In this document: positions 1-8,583 of the stretch, one piece after another
Layout of the letters: every line of letters begins with the position of its first letter
How positions within the stretch are numbered: position 1 is the stretch's first letter
DNA from: an uncultured Verrucomicrobiae bacterium
Lineage (GTDB): Bacteria > Verrucomicrobiota > Verrucomicrobiia > Chthoniobacterales > Chthoniobacteraceae
Reading direction: 5' to 3'
DNA: 64,000 nucleotides
Assembly (NCBI GenBank): GCA_963836755.1
Contig: CAWIKF010000002.1
Span: 736,001 to 800,000, forward strand
Notes under the pieces: model-generated
What the model saw: only the letters and a program-made list of their open reading frames with translations
Databases searched by the model: none
What the model was told of the DNA's origin: nothing
Translations under genes and position numbers: made by a program

Positions 1-147
1 CTGAAATTGCGACAGGGCGTGGGGCGGCTGATCCGGACGAAAGCCGATCGCGGGATCGTTGTGATTTTGGATCCGCGGATTCTGACGAAGAATTACGGCC
101 GCGCATTTATGAAGGCGCTTCCGGAATGTCCGGTGGAGATCGTGTAG
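1..147 (+). CDS. DinG/YoaA-family helicase, C-terminal fragment (5' partial)
   Basis: Frame 1 reads [36 protein letters not shown]...; QGVGRLIR is SF2 helicase motif VI of DinG-type proteins. TAG at 145-147. Confidence 0.85.
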   Translation: MKLRQGVGRLIRTKADRGIVVILDPRILTKNYGRAFMKALPECPVEIV

Positions 148-300
148 GCGATTTTTGGCTGGCGATTTTTAACCAATCCCAGCGAATCCTGCCTCGAATT
201 TCGCTTTTCGCATTTTCAAGAAATGCAGGCGAAAGAAAAGTTGCTTAGTAAGTCGCTCGAAAACAGAGACTTAAGTTTTGGACACGAAGTATTTCGTTCG

Positions 301-317
301 TTGGCAAGCATGCTGCT
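301..317 (+). promoter_or_regulatory. sigma54 (-24/-12) promoter
   Basis: TTGGCAAGCATGCTGCT = GG-N10-GC, about 60 bp upstream of a nitrogen-scavenging operon. Confidence 0.7.
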
Positions 318-375
318 AATGCGCTGTGTGCCGTTTTTTAACGGTCTACAAACAACACAATCAACCAAGGAATAC

Positions 376-1278
376 ATGCTAAAACAAACTACCCTAAAAA
401 TCGCGGCCACCGCTGCGGTGCTGCTCGGTGCTTATCTTCCGTCCTCAAGTTTTGCGGGCGTTGAGACGGCCGGCAAAACAACCAAGAACCCCGTCGTGGA
501 AGAAGCGACGAAGTCGTGCATCACCGGTGATCTCGGTGTGACCTTCGTCACCAAATACTTCTCGCGCGGCATCAACAACGGCGATCAAGGCGTGATCGCG
601 CAACCGTATGTCGATATCTACTTCAAGGTATTCGACGGCGGCGAGAGCGCGTTCATCAACGGAGTGACGATCAACGCGAGTGCGTGGTCCAGCATTCACT
701 CGCACCCGGTTTCCACGGCGAATAACAACGTGAAAAACTGGCAGGAGTTCGATTACACGCCCGGCATCGCGGTGCAGTTCATGAAGAACTTCACGCTGAC
801 GACGAGCTACTTCGAATTCGATTACCCGAGCGGCGCTTCGGATCCGCAGCGCAGCATCAATGTCAGCCTTGCTTACAATGATGCCGATCTGCTCGGCATG
901 TGGGCGCTTCACCCGCACTTCACCGTGCTGAGGGAGCTCCCTGGCGCCGCGGCTGGTCTTGGCCCGGACGGCTGGTATTTCGAGCCAGGCATTGCTCCGG
1001 CTTTCACCTTGGTGAAAGACGGGATGTTCCCGGTCACGCTGACTCTGCCGATCACTGGCGGCTTCGGTGGTGGCAAGTTCTATAACGGCCATGGATTCGG
1101 CTACTTCTCAGCCGGCGGCAACGTCGCAGTGGGACTCGGGTTCTTCCCGAAATGCCTCGGCTCCTGGACTGCCACAGTCGGAGCGACCTATTACTACCTG
1201 CACGAAGACCTCGCACGGGTGGACAACGGTTACCACAACGACTGGGTCGGCTCGGCCGCCCTCGGCGTCACGTTCTAA
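376..1278 (+). CDS. Outer-membrane beta-barrel / putative porin (TorF/TIGR02001-like)
   Basis: Start refined to ATG 376 after AAGGA. Signal peptide, KYFSRG and EFDYTPG motifs, alternating aromatic beta strands, C-terminal Phe. Confidence 0.7.
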   Translation: MLKQTTLKIAATAAVLLGAYLPSSSFAGVETAGKTTKNPVVEEATKSCITGDLGVTFVTKYFSRGINNGDQGVIAQPYVDIYFKVFDGGESAFINGVTINASAWSSIHSHPVSTANNNVKNWQEFDYTPGIAVQFMKNFTLTTSYFEFDYPSGASDPQRSINVSLAYNDADLLGMWALHPHFTVLRELPGAAAGLGPDGWYFEPGIAPAFTLVKDGMFPVTLTLPITGGFGGGKFYNGHGFGYFSAGGNVAVGLGFFPKCLGSWTATVGATYYYLHEDLARVDNGYHNDWVGSAALGVTF

Positions 1279-1294
1279 AACCACCTAACTCTCA

Positions 1295-1346
1295 ACACCT
1301 CCGGGTTCCTCCTGCATTGGTTTGTTTGGAGGAGCCCGGAGTGTGT
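1295..1346 (+). other. Intergenic stem-loop
   Basis: acacctccgggttcctcc ... ggaggagcccggagtgtgt inverted repeat between the porin gene and urtA. Confidence 0.5.
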
Positions 1347-1430
1347 GAAGGTTTCCGTCAGTAAAGTCAAAGTCAGCTCCCTGCGGCCCGCTTCTTTCCC
1401 CGAAAGTCAGTCAACTCAAAAAACCCAATC

Positions 1431-2762
1431 ATGAAAAAATTCTATAAAATCTGCAGTTTAGTTTCGGCCATCGCAATCTCGCTAGCGCACGGGGCGCGGG
1501 CCGAGGACAAAGTCAAAGTCGGCGTGCTCCATTCACTCAGCGGCACCATGGCGATCAGCGAGACCTCGCTGCGCGACGTGCTTCTCTTCGCGTTCGACGA
1601 GATCAACAAAAAAGGCGGCGTCATGGGCAAACAAATCGATCCGGTCATCGTCGACGGCGCATCGAACTGGCCGCTCTTCGCCGAAAAAGCCAAGCAGCTC
1701 CTCGAGCAGGACAAAGTCGCCTGCACATTCGGCTGCTGGACTTCCGTCAGCCGCAAATCCGTCCTGCCAGTCTTCGAGAAAGACAACGGCATGCTCTTTT
1801 ACCCCGTGCAATACGAGGGTGAGGAGCTTTCCAAAAACATTTTCTACACCGCCGAGGCGGTCAACCAGCAGGCGACTCCCGCCGTTGATTACCTGTTGAA
1901 GCAGGGCAAGAAGAAATTCTACCTCATCGGCACGGACTACGTTTATCCGCAGACCACGAACCTCATCCTGTTCAAATACCTCCTGTTGCACGGCGTCGCC
2001 GTGGACGACATCGGCGGCGGTTTGCGCAAGGACGACTCCGGCAAAGTCATCTCCGCCGGCAAATACGTGCCGTTCGGCCACACCGACTTCCAGCAGATCG
2101 TGGCTGACATCAAGCAATTCGCCGCCAGCGGCGACGCCTGCGTGATCAACACCATCAACGGCGACTCCAACGTTCCGTTCTTCAAGGAAATCGCCGCTGC
2201 CGGCCTTTCCCCGGCTGATTGCCCGGTCGTTTCCTTCAGCCTCGCGGAAGACGAACTCCGCGCGCTCCCGACGAAAGACCTCGTCGGCGAACTCGGCTGC
2301 TGGACTTACTTCATGTCGCTCAAGACGCCTGAAAACAAAAAGTTCCTGGCCAACTGGGACGCATGGCTCAAGACCGAAAACCATGACGGCGTGATCAAGG
2401 AAAAGCGCGTCGTGGACAGCCCGATGGTCCTTTCCTATGACGGCGTCTATCTCTGGAAAAAAGCGGTCGAGAAGGCGAAATCGTTCGACGTGGATAAAGT
2501 CCGCGAAGTCCTCGAGTCCGGCGACATCAGCTTCGACGGCCCCGGCGGCACAGTCACGATGCAGAAAAACCATCACGTGACGAAGAACGTTTACATCGGC
2601 GAGACCAAGGCCGACGGCCAGTTCAAGATCGTCAAGACTTTCCCGCAGGTGAAAGGCGAGCCGTTCCTGCTGAAGAAGCTCGACGAAGAACTCGACAAAA
2701 AGAAAGCGGCCGACGTGACCGCCCCGACTGGCGCGCCGCAGGTCGCCGCAGTGGCGCCTTGA
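1431..2762 (+). CDS. urtA: Urea ABC transporter substrate-binding protein
   Basis: Signal peptide; [32 protein letters not shown] and LFYPVQYEG are UrtA signatures. Confidence 0.93.
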   Translation: MKKFYKICSLVSAIAISLAHGARAEDKVKVGVLHSLSGTMAISETSLRDVLLFAFDEINKKGGVMGKQIDPVIVDGASNWPLFAEKAKQLLEQDKVACTFGCWTSVSRKSVLPVFEKDNGMLFYPVQYEGEELSKNIFYTAEAVNQQATPAVDYLLKQGKKKFYLIGTDYVYPQTTNLILFKYLLLHGVAVDDIGGGLRKDDSGKVISAGKYVPFGHTDFQQIVADIKQFAASGDACVINTINGDSNVPFFKEIAAAGLSPADCPVVSFSLAEDELRALPTKDLVGELGCWTYFMSLKTPENKKFLANWDAWLKTENHDGVIKEKRVVDSPMVLSYDGVYLWKKAVEKAKSFDVDKVREVLESGDISFDGPGGTVTMQKNHHVTKNVYIGETKADGQFKIVKTFPQVKGEPFLLKKLDEELDKKKAADVTAPTGAPQVAAVAP

Positions 2763-2805
2763 TGCTGCCCGCCGTCAACCCGCCATTTGGCGTTGAAGGT
2801 TTATG

Positions 2806-2840
2806 AAAAGAGGGCGGGGCTCAAACTCCGCCCTCTTTTT
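2806..2840 (+). terminator. Intrinsic terminator after urtA
   Basis: aaaagagggcgggg-ctcaaa-ctccgccctcttttt: GC stem with flanking A and T tracts. Confidence 0.7.
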
Positions 2841-2853
2841 CTTTAAAAATTTC

Positions 2854-4582
2854 ATGAGCAAATTCAGAATCCTCGTGCTTTTGCTGCTCGGCTGCCTCAT
2901 CGGCCGGCTCCATGCCGCACCGCCCGCCGCGAAGGCTGCCGGGGAAAAACCCGAAGTCCGCACGGAACTCACGCAGGCGCTTTTGACCGAAGGCGACGAC
3001 CAACTGAAGCTCCTCAACCAGCTCGGCGATTCGGGATCAAAGTTCGTGCACGACGTCCTCGTCGCCTGGACGCGTGACGCGGTCTTCATCTTCACGGCGC
3101 CCGACGGCACCAAAGTCCCGCTTTTGCTCGAGGAACAGCAGGATGCCGATGGAAAAGCCGCCGCGATCCGCATCGATACCGGCGCGGGCTTCAAGGATGC
3201 GCAGGGGAAAGAGCAGCACTTCGCTCCCGATGAGTTGCCGACGGCGGAAACCGATATGCGGCTGCGCAGCGCGATCAGCCAGACGCTCGACCGGCTCGCG
3301 CTCGCCGATCCCGACGCCGATGCGCGGCGCGGCGCGGCGCAGAAGCTCGGCAAGTCGGGTAAAAAACAATATCTCCCGATCCTCGAGGCGCGGCTTCGCA
3401 AAGGAAACCGATCCGACCGTGAAAAAAGCCCTGCGCGCCGGACTCGCGACGCTCCGGCTCAGCGACCCCGATCCGAACGTCAAGATCGCCTCCATTCAGG
3501 AACTCGGAAACCTTGACGCCATCGGCAGCCTCGACGACCTCCAGCGTGCCGCCGCCGCGCCGGGCGCGCCTCCGGATGTCGTCCACGCGGCGAACCTCGC
3601 CATCAAAAAAATCAACGGCTACATCTCCTGGGTCAACTTTTTCGGCACCCTCTTTCGCGGCGTCAGCCTTGGCTCGATCCTGCTCGTCGTCGCGCTCGGC
3701 CTCGCCATCACCTTCGGCCTCATGGGCGTCATCAACATGGCGCACGGCGAGATGATCGCCATCGGCGCCTACACGGTTTACGTGGTCGAAAACATTGCCG
3801 GCCCCGGCCTCTGGCTCTCGCCGTTCGGTCTCAAAATCCACTTCCCGGCCCTCAACCTCGGCGGCTGGCAATACGAATGCTATTTCCTCGTCGCCATCCC
3901 GCTCGCCTTCCTCACCGCGGCGTTCGCCGGGCTCATCCTCGAGCGCACCGTCATCCGGTTTCTCTATCGCCGCCCGCTCGAATCGCTCCTCGCGACGTGG
4001 GGCGTCTCGCTCATCATGCAGCAGATGTTTCGCCTCGTCTTCGGCGCGAATAACGTGCAGGTGAACTCGCCCTCGTGGCTGAGCGGCAACTACACGCTGC
4101 ACGACGTCATCTTCGGCTACAACCGCCTTTTCGTCATCGGATTCGCCGTGGTCATCGTCATCGGCACGTGGCTGCTTTTGACAAAAACTCCGCTCGGCCT
4201 GCTGATCCGCTCCGTCATGCAAAACCGCCACATGGCCGCGTGCATGGGCGTCCGCACCGAGCGGGTGAATATGCTCACCTTCGCCTTTGGCAGCGGGCTC
4301 GCGGGACTCGCCGGCGCGTTCCTCTCGCAGATCGGCAACGTCGGGCCGAGCCTGGGTCAAAGTTACATCGTCGATTGCTTCATGACGGTCGTCGTCGGCG
4401 GCGTCGGGAACATCGTCGGCACGGTTTGCTCCGCGCTCGGCATCGGGATGATCGACCAGACCTTGCAGCCGATCATCGGCCCGGTGATGGGTAAAATCAC
4501 GGTGCTGGCGGGGATCATTTTGTTTTTGCAATGGCGACCCGCCGGGTTGTTTGTCACGAAAAGCCGGAGTCTGGAGGGGTAA
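2854..4582 (+). CDS. urtB: Urea ABC transporter permease (apparent +1 frameshift near 3396)
   Basis: N-terminal HEAT-like periplasmic part (MSKFRILV...) continues in another frame as AKETDP...GLAITFGLMGVINMAHGE...RPLESLLATWGVSL. Removing one T at cggcttcgca joins the frames. Confidence 0.88.
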
Positions 4583-4640
4583 ATGGGAGGAATGTTGTTG
4601 TTCAACGCGGTTTTCGGAGAATGGCAGAGCGAGGGGTATT

Positions 4641-4789
4641 TCCCGGGTAGGGTGGGCGTCCCGCCCGCCGGTTTCGGCGTCTCGCCGAAACGAACTTCGC
4701 CAACGAGTTTCCCGCACGCATGTTCCGCCGAAAAGTTCGCCAAGGCAGGATGCCTTGGCCGGCGGGCGGGACGCCCACCCTACCCGGGA
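4641..4789. repeat. REP-like 31-bp perfect inverted repeat pair
   Basis: tcccgggtagggtgggcgtcccgcccgccgg (4641-4671) is the exact reverse complement of 4759-4789. It contains GTAG followed by a small palindrome. Confidence 0.8.
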
Positions 4790-4825
4790 GCTATCAGCTC
4801 CGCGCCGGTGGGAAATGGCTCCTCT

Positions 4826-5119
4826 GTCAGCGTCTTTTTCGGGCGTGTCAGCGTCTTTTTTGGGCGTGTCAGTCACATTTTATACAGCGTCAGCGTCTTT
4901 TTCGGGGCTGTCAGTCGCTTTTTATACAGCGTCAGCGTCTCCACGAGGGTCGTTAGCGTCTGCGCGGGGGTCGTTGGCGTCTCCACGGGGCGCGTCAGCG
5001 TCTCCACGCGCTTGGTCAGCGTCTGCGCGCGACTCGGAAACGTCTTTTCGCGCTCGGTTAGCGTCTTTTCGGGGCTCGGAAAGCCGTTTTCACGAGCAAA
5101 ACAGCCGTTTCCTCATCCA
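4826..5119. repeat. Degenerate 21-bp tandem array (~12-14 units)
   Basis: Units such as gtcagcgtctttttcgggcgt and gtcagcgtctccacggggcgc recur at an exact 21-bp period. Confidence 0.9.
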
Positions 5120-5134
5120 AACCGGAGCCTGCCG

Positions 5135-6314
5135 ATGAATAAAAAGTCCGAAGCGCTCTGGGTCGGGTTGGTCGCGCTGGTCGCGATCGTCCGTTCTGCC
5201 CTGCCTCAACGCCTTCACTCCCGAGACCAGCCTGCTCCACATCTCGGATTTCTCGATCAATCTCTACGGGAAATACCTCACGCTCTGCGTGCTCGCGATC
5301 AGCATCGATCTCCTGTGGGGTTACACCGGGTTGTTGTCGCTCGGCCAATGCCTCTTTTTCGCGCTCGGCGGCTATGCGCTCGGCATGCATCTCATGCTGA
5401 TGATCGGCAAGCTCGGGCAGTATCACAGCGATCTGCCCGATTTCATGGTCTTCCTCGGCTACCCGAAATTGCCGGCGCATTGGGTGCCGTTTTATCATTT
5501 CTGGTTCGCGGCGGCGATGGTCGTGGTCGTGCCGGGGCTCGTCGCGCTCGTGTTCGGCTTCCTCGCGTTCCGGTCGCGGATCAAGGGCGTCTATTTTTCC
5601 ATCCTGACGCAGGCGCTGACTTACGCGGCGTGCCTGATGTTTTTCCGCAACGACTTCACCTTTGGCGGCAATAACGGCCTGACCGATTACAAGACGATCC
5701 TCGGCTACGATATCCGCAGCCCCGCGACGCAGCGGGCGCTTTACATCGCGACGGCGGTGCTGCTTTTGCTCACGTATCTCTTCTGCCGCTGGCTGACCTC
5801 GACGAAGTTCGGCAAAGTGCAGCGCGCGGTGCGCGACAGTGAGGTGCGCGTGCTTTTCTCGGGCTATGCGGCGGCGAATTTCAAGCTGTTCGTCTTCGTG
5901 ACGTGCGCGATCATCGCGGGTCTGGGCGGCGCGCTTTACGTCCCGCAGGTCGGCATCATCAACCCGAGCGAAATGGCGACCGACAAGTCGCTGGAAGCCG
6001 TCGTCTGGGTCGCGGTCGGCGGGCGCGGGACGCTGGTCGGTCCGATCATCGGATGCCTTTTCGTCAATGCGCTCAAAAGCTGGGCGACGCGCGCGTATCC
6101 CGATTACTGGCTGATCATCCTGGGTGGAATGTTCATGCTGGTCGTGCTGTTTTTACCGAAGGGAATCGTCGGGCTGTTCGGGCAGGTGAAGGATTTGATT
6201 TTTAAGCAACGGATGGACGAAGACGCGCCGCCGGTGAAGACTTTCAAGGAGGAAAAACCGCCGGCATCCGTGTTCGACCCGGTCGCCGGCGTGGCAAAGG
6301 AGCCGCTGAAATAG
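5135..6314 (+). CDS. urtC: Urea ABC transporter permease (apparent +1 frameshift near 5191)
   Basis: [10 protein letters not shown]... then VLPCLNAF...[52 protein letters not shown]. Confidence 0.88.
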
Positions 6315-7082
6315 ATGAGCGACCGGAAACGATTCATGCTGACGGCGGAGAACGTGAACAAGACGTTCGACGGCTTCAAGGCGATCACGGATTTGAACTT
6401 TTACATGGATGAAGGCGAGCTGCGGACGGTCATCGGGCCGAACGGGGCGGGGAAGACGACTTTCCTCGATTTGATCACCGGCCGCTCGAAGCCGGACACG
6501 GGCACGATCCAGTTCGGTCGCGACAACGCGGAGCTGACGAAGCTCAACGAGTATCAGATTTACCGGCTCGGCATCGGGCGGAAATTCCAGACGCCGACGG
6601 TCTATGTGGATCACACGGTTTTCGAGAATATCCTGCTGTCGCTCGAGGGAAGCCGCGGGGTGTTTTCGGCGCTATTCGCGCGGGTCACGCCGGCGCAGAA
6701 GGAGCGGATTCATGAGGTTTTGAAGATCATCAACCTCTCGCACAAGGCGCACGACAAAGCTGGCTCGCTCGCGCACGGCCAGAAGCAATGGCTCGAGATC
6801 GGGATGTTGCTCGCGCAAAACGCGAAGCTGCTGCTGGTGGATGAACCGGCCGCCGGCATGACCGACGAGGAGACCGCAAAGACGGGCGAACTTTTACTCA
6901 GTCTCGCAGGGCATCACACGATCATCGTCATCGAGCACGACATGGTTTTCGTGCGGCAGATTGCGACAAAAGTCACGGTGCTGCACCAGGGGACGGTGCT
7001 CTGCGAAGGGACCGTGGACGAAGTGCAGAACAACGAGCGCGTCATCGAGGTCTATCTCGGCCGCAAGAAAGCCCACGATTAA
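6315..7082 (+). CDS. urtD: Urea ABC transporter ATP-binding protein
   Basis: Walker A GPNGAGKT, GIGRKFQTP, HGQKQWLEIGM, LLVDEP. Confidence 0.93.
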   Translation: MSDRKRFMLTAENVNKTFDGFKAITDLNFYMDEGELRTVIGPNGAGKTTFLDLITGRSKPDTGTIQFGRDNAELTKLNEYQIYRLGIGRKFQTPTVYVDHTVFENILLSLEGSRGVFSALFARVTPAQKERIHEVLKIINLSHKAHDKAGSLAHGQKQWLEIGMLLAQNAKLLLVDEPAAGMTDEETAKTGELLLSLAGHHTIIVIEHDMVFVRQIATKVTVLHQGTVLCEGTVDEVQNNERVIEVYLGRKKAHD

Positions 7083-7799
7083 ATGACCGCGCCCGTCTCG
7101 CCGCTGCTCAGTGTCTCCGCGTTGAACGTCTCCATCGGCGGCTCGCGGATTTTGCGCGGCGTGAACCTCGAGATTCCGCCGCGGCAGGTGATGTGCCTCA
7201 TGGGGCGCAACGGCGTCGGCAAGACGACCACGCTGCGGACGATCGTCGGCCTGCAAAAGGCGTCGAGCGGCCATGTCCGCCTCGCCGATGAGGAAGTGAC
7301 CGGCCTCAAACCCGAGGCGCGGGCGCGCAAAGGCATCGGCTTCGTCCCGCAAGGGCGCGAGATTTTCCCGAACATGACCGTGATGGAGAATTTGCACATC
7401 GGCCCCGTCGCGATGGGAAGAAAGTTGAACGGCCAGCTCGACCGCGTCTTCCAGCTTTTCCCGATCTTGAAAGATTTCCTCGCGCGCAAAGGCGGCATGC
7501 TCAGCGGCGGCCAGCAACAGCAGCTCGCCATCGCCCGCGCGCTGCTCACCGAGCCGAAAGTTCTGATCCTCGACGAGCCGACCGAGGGGATTCAGCCAAA
7601 CATCATCGACCAGATCGGCGACACGATCAAAGTTCTCCGCGCCGAGGGCAAAATGAGCATCCTGCTCGTCGAGCAATACCTCGATTTCTGCAAAGAGCTC
7701 GCCGATACCTTCGCGATCATGGACCGCGGCGCCGTAGTCGCCAGCGGCGGCATCGCCGACCTCACCGACGAAGTCATCCGCCAGCATTTGATCGTGTAA
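7083..7799 (+). CDS. urtE: Urea ABC transporter ATP-binding protein
   Basis: GRNGVGKTT, VPQGREIF, LSGGQQQQLAI, LDEPTEGIQP. Confidence 0.93.
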   Translation: MTAPVSPLLSVSALNVSIGGSRILRGVNLEIPPRQVMCLMGRNGVGKTTTLRTIVGLQKASSGHVRLADEEVTGLKPEARARKGIGFVPQGREIFPNMTVMENLHIGPVAMGRKLNGQLDRVFQLFPILKDFLARKGGMLSGGQQQQLAIARALLTEPKVLILDEPTEGIQPNIIDQIGDTIKVLRAEGKMSILLVEQYLDFCKELADTFAIMDRGAVVASGGIADLTDEVIRQHLIV

Positions 7800-7811
7800 A
7801 GGCTGGCGTCA

Positions 7812-7842
7812 TTGACAGACCGGGCGTCGCGGCTTTTAGTCT
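7812..7842 (+). promoter_or_regulatory. Putative sigma70 promoter with 19-bp spacer
   Basis: TTGACA (7812-7817), 19 nt, TAGTCT (7837-7842). Confidence 0.45.
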
Positions 7843-7851
7843 CTCACTCCG

Positions 7852-8166
7852 ATGCTCTCGCGTCTTGTGACCTCGCTACTCTTCCTTGCGATGGCTTTTC
7901 TTTCGCAGACGACGCGCGCGACTCCCGTTGACATGCCCCGCATGAGCTGCTGCGCCAAGCCTCATCAGCATCAGAGCTGCCCGGATTGCCCGGCGTCGCC
8001 CAGCGGCAATCACTCATGCTGCACCCTCCCGGCGTCGCTCGTCTTGTTTCTCGAGCATCATCGCTCGCCGGTCATCTCCTTTTCCATCGCCCGCCATCGG
8101 ATCGCGGACGATCTCTTCGCGAGCCGGAGCGAGGCTCCGTTGCTGCCTCCGCCGAAGATCGCCTGA
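7852..8166 (+). CDS. Small Cys/His-rich exported protein with C-terminal polyproline (DUF2946/CutF-like leader)
   Basis: Signal-like N-terminus, CC..HQHQ.CPDC...HSCC, ending RSEAPLLPPPKIA. Confidence 0.6.
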   Translation: MLSRLVTSLLFLAMAFLSQTTRATPVDMPRMSCCAKPHQHQSCPDCPASPSGNHSCCTLPASLVLFLEHHRSPVISFSIARHRIADDLFASRSEAPLLPPPKIA

Positions 8167-8250
8167 TTCCCTCCGCGCCAGCTCACCCGAGTCGCTTCGA
8201 TTTCGGGCGAGGTCAACTTTGATTCCAAAATCCTACAAAAGGAGACTTAA

Positions 8251-8415
8251 ATGAAATCACTACTGCTCATCGCCTCGGCCATCATGGCCGTCGCATCGCC
8301 CTTCACCACCCAGGTGAAGGCGGCCGCTGATTGCTGCGACTGCTGCAGCACCGGCGTGTGCGGGTGCGCGCAATGCACCTGCTGCGATTGCGCGACCTGC
8401 CCGAGCTGCCAGTAA
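8251..8415 (+). CDS. 54-aa secreted Cys-rich metallothionein-like peptide (not in ORF track)
   Basis: Strong SD AAGGAG, then MKSLLLIASAIMAVASPFTTQVKAAADCCDCCSTGVCGCAQCTCCDCATCPSCQ*. 12 Cys in the last 27 aa. Confidence 0.85.
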   Translation: MKSLLLIASAIMAVASPFTTQVKAAADCCDCCSTGVCGCAQCTCCDCATCPSCQ

Positions 8416-8583
8416 ACTCGGCTGCTCGACCTGGAGCGCCCGCCGGTCCTCGTGGCCGGCGGGCGTTTCCATTTCCGGAGATCGAGGAATGGAAAAAGGC
8501 GTGCCAGTTTCCCGGCGCGCTTTCAAGCATGAGGCAGAGGCGCAAAAATATTGAGGCAAACGTGAGAACGGCGCGGTTTGAAG

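Noticed and set aside
4551..5674. ORFs 4551-5138 and 4583-5674 as genes
   Set aside because: They are read-through of the REP and 21-bp repeats plus the frameshifted urtC start.
2854..6314. urtB and urtC as pseudogenes
   Set aside because: Each has a single +1 base with otherwise intact sequence. The same pattern recurs across the window and points to sequencing error.
8490..8507. Minus-strand TGGCACG as a sigma54 promoter
   Set aside because: The -12 position reads TC rather than GC, and it points antisense to the peptide gene.
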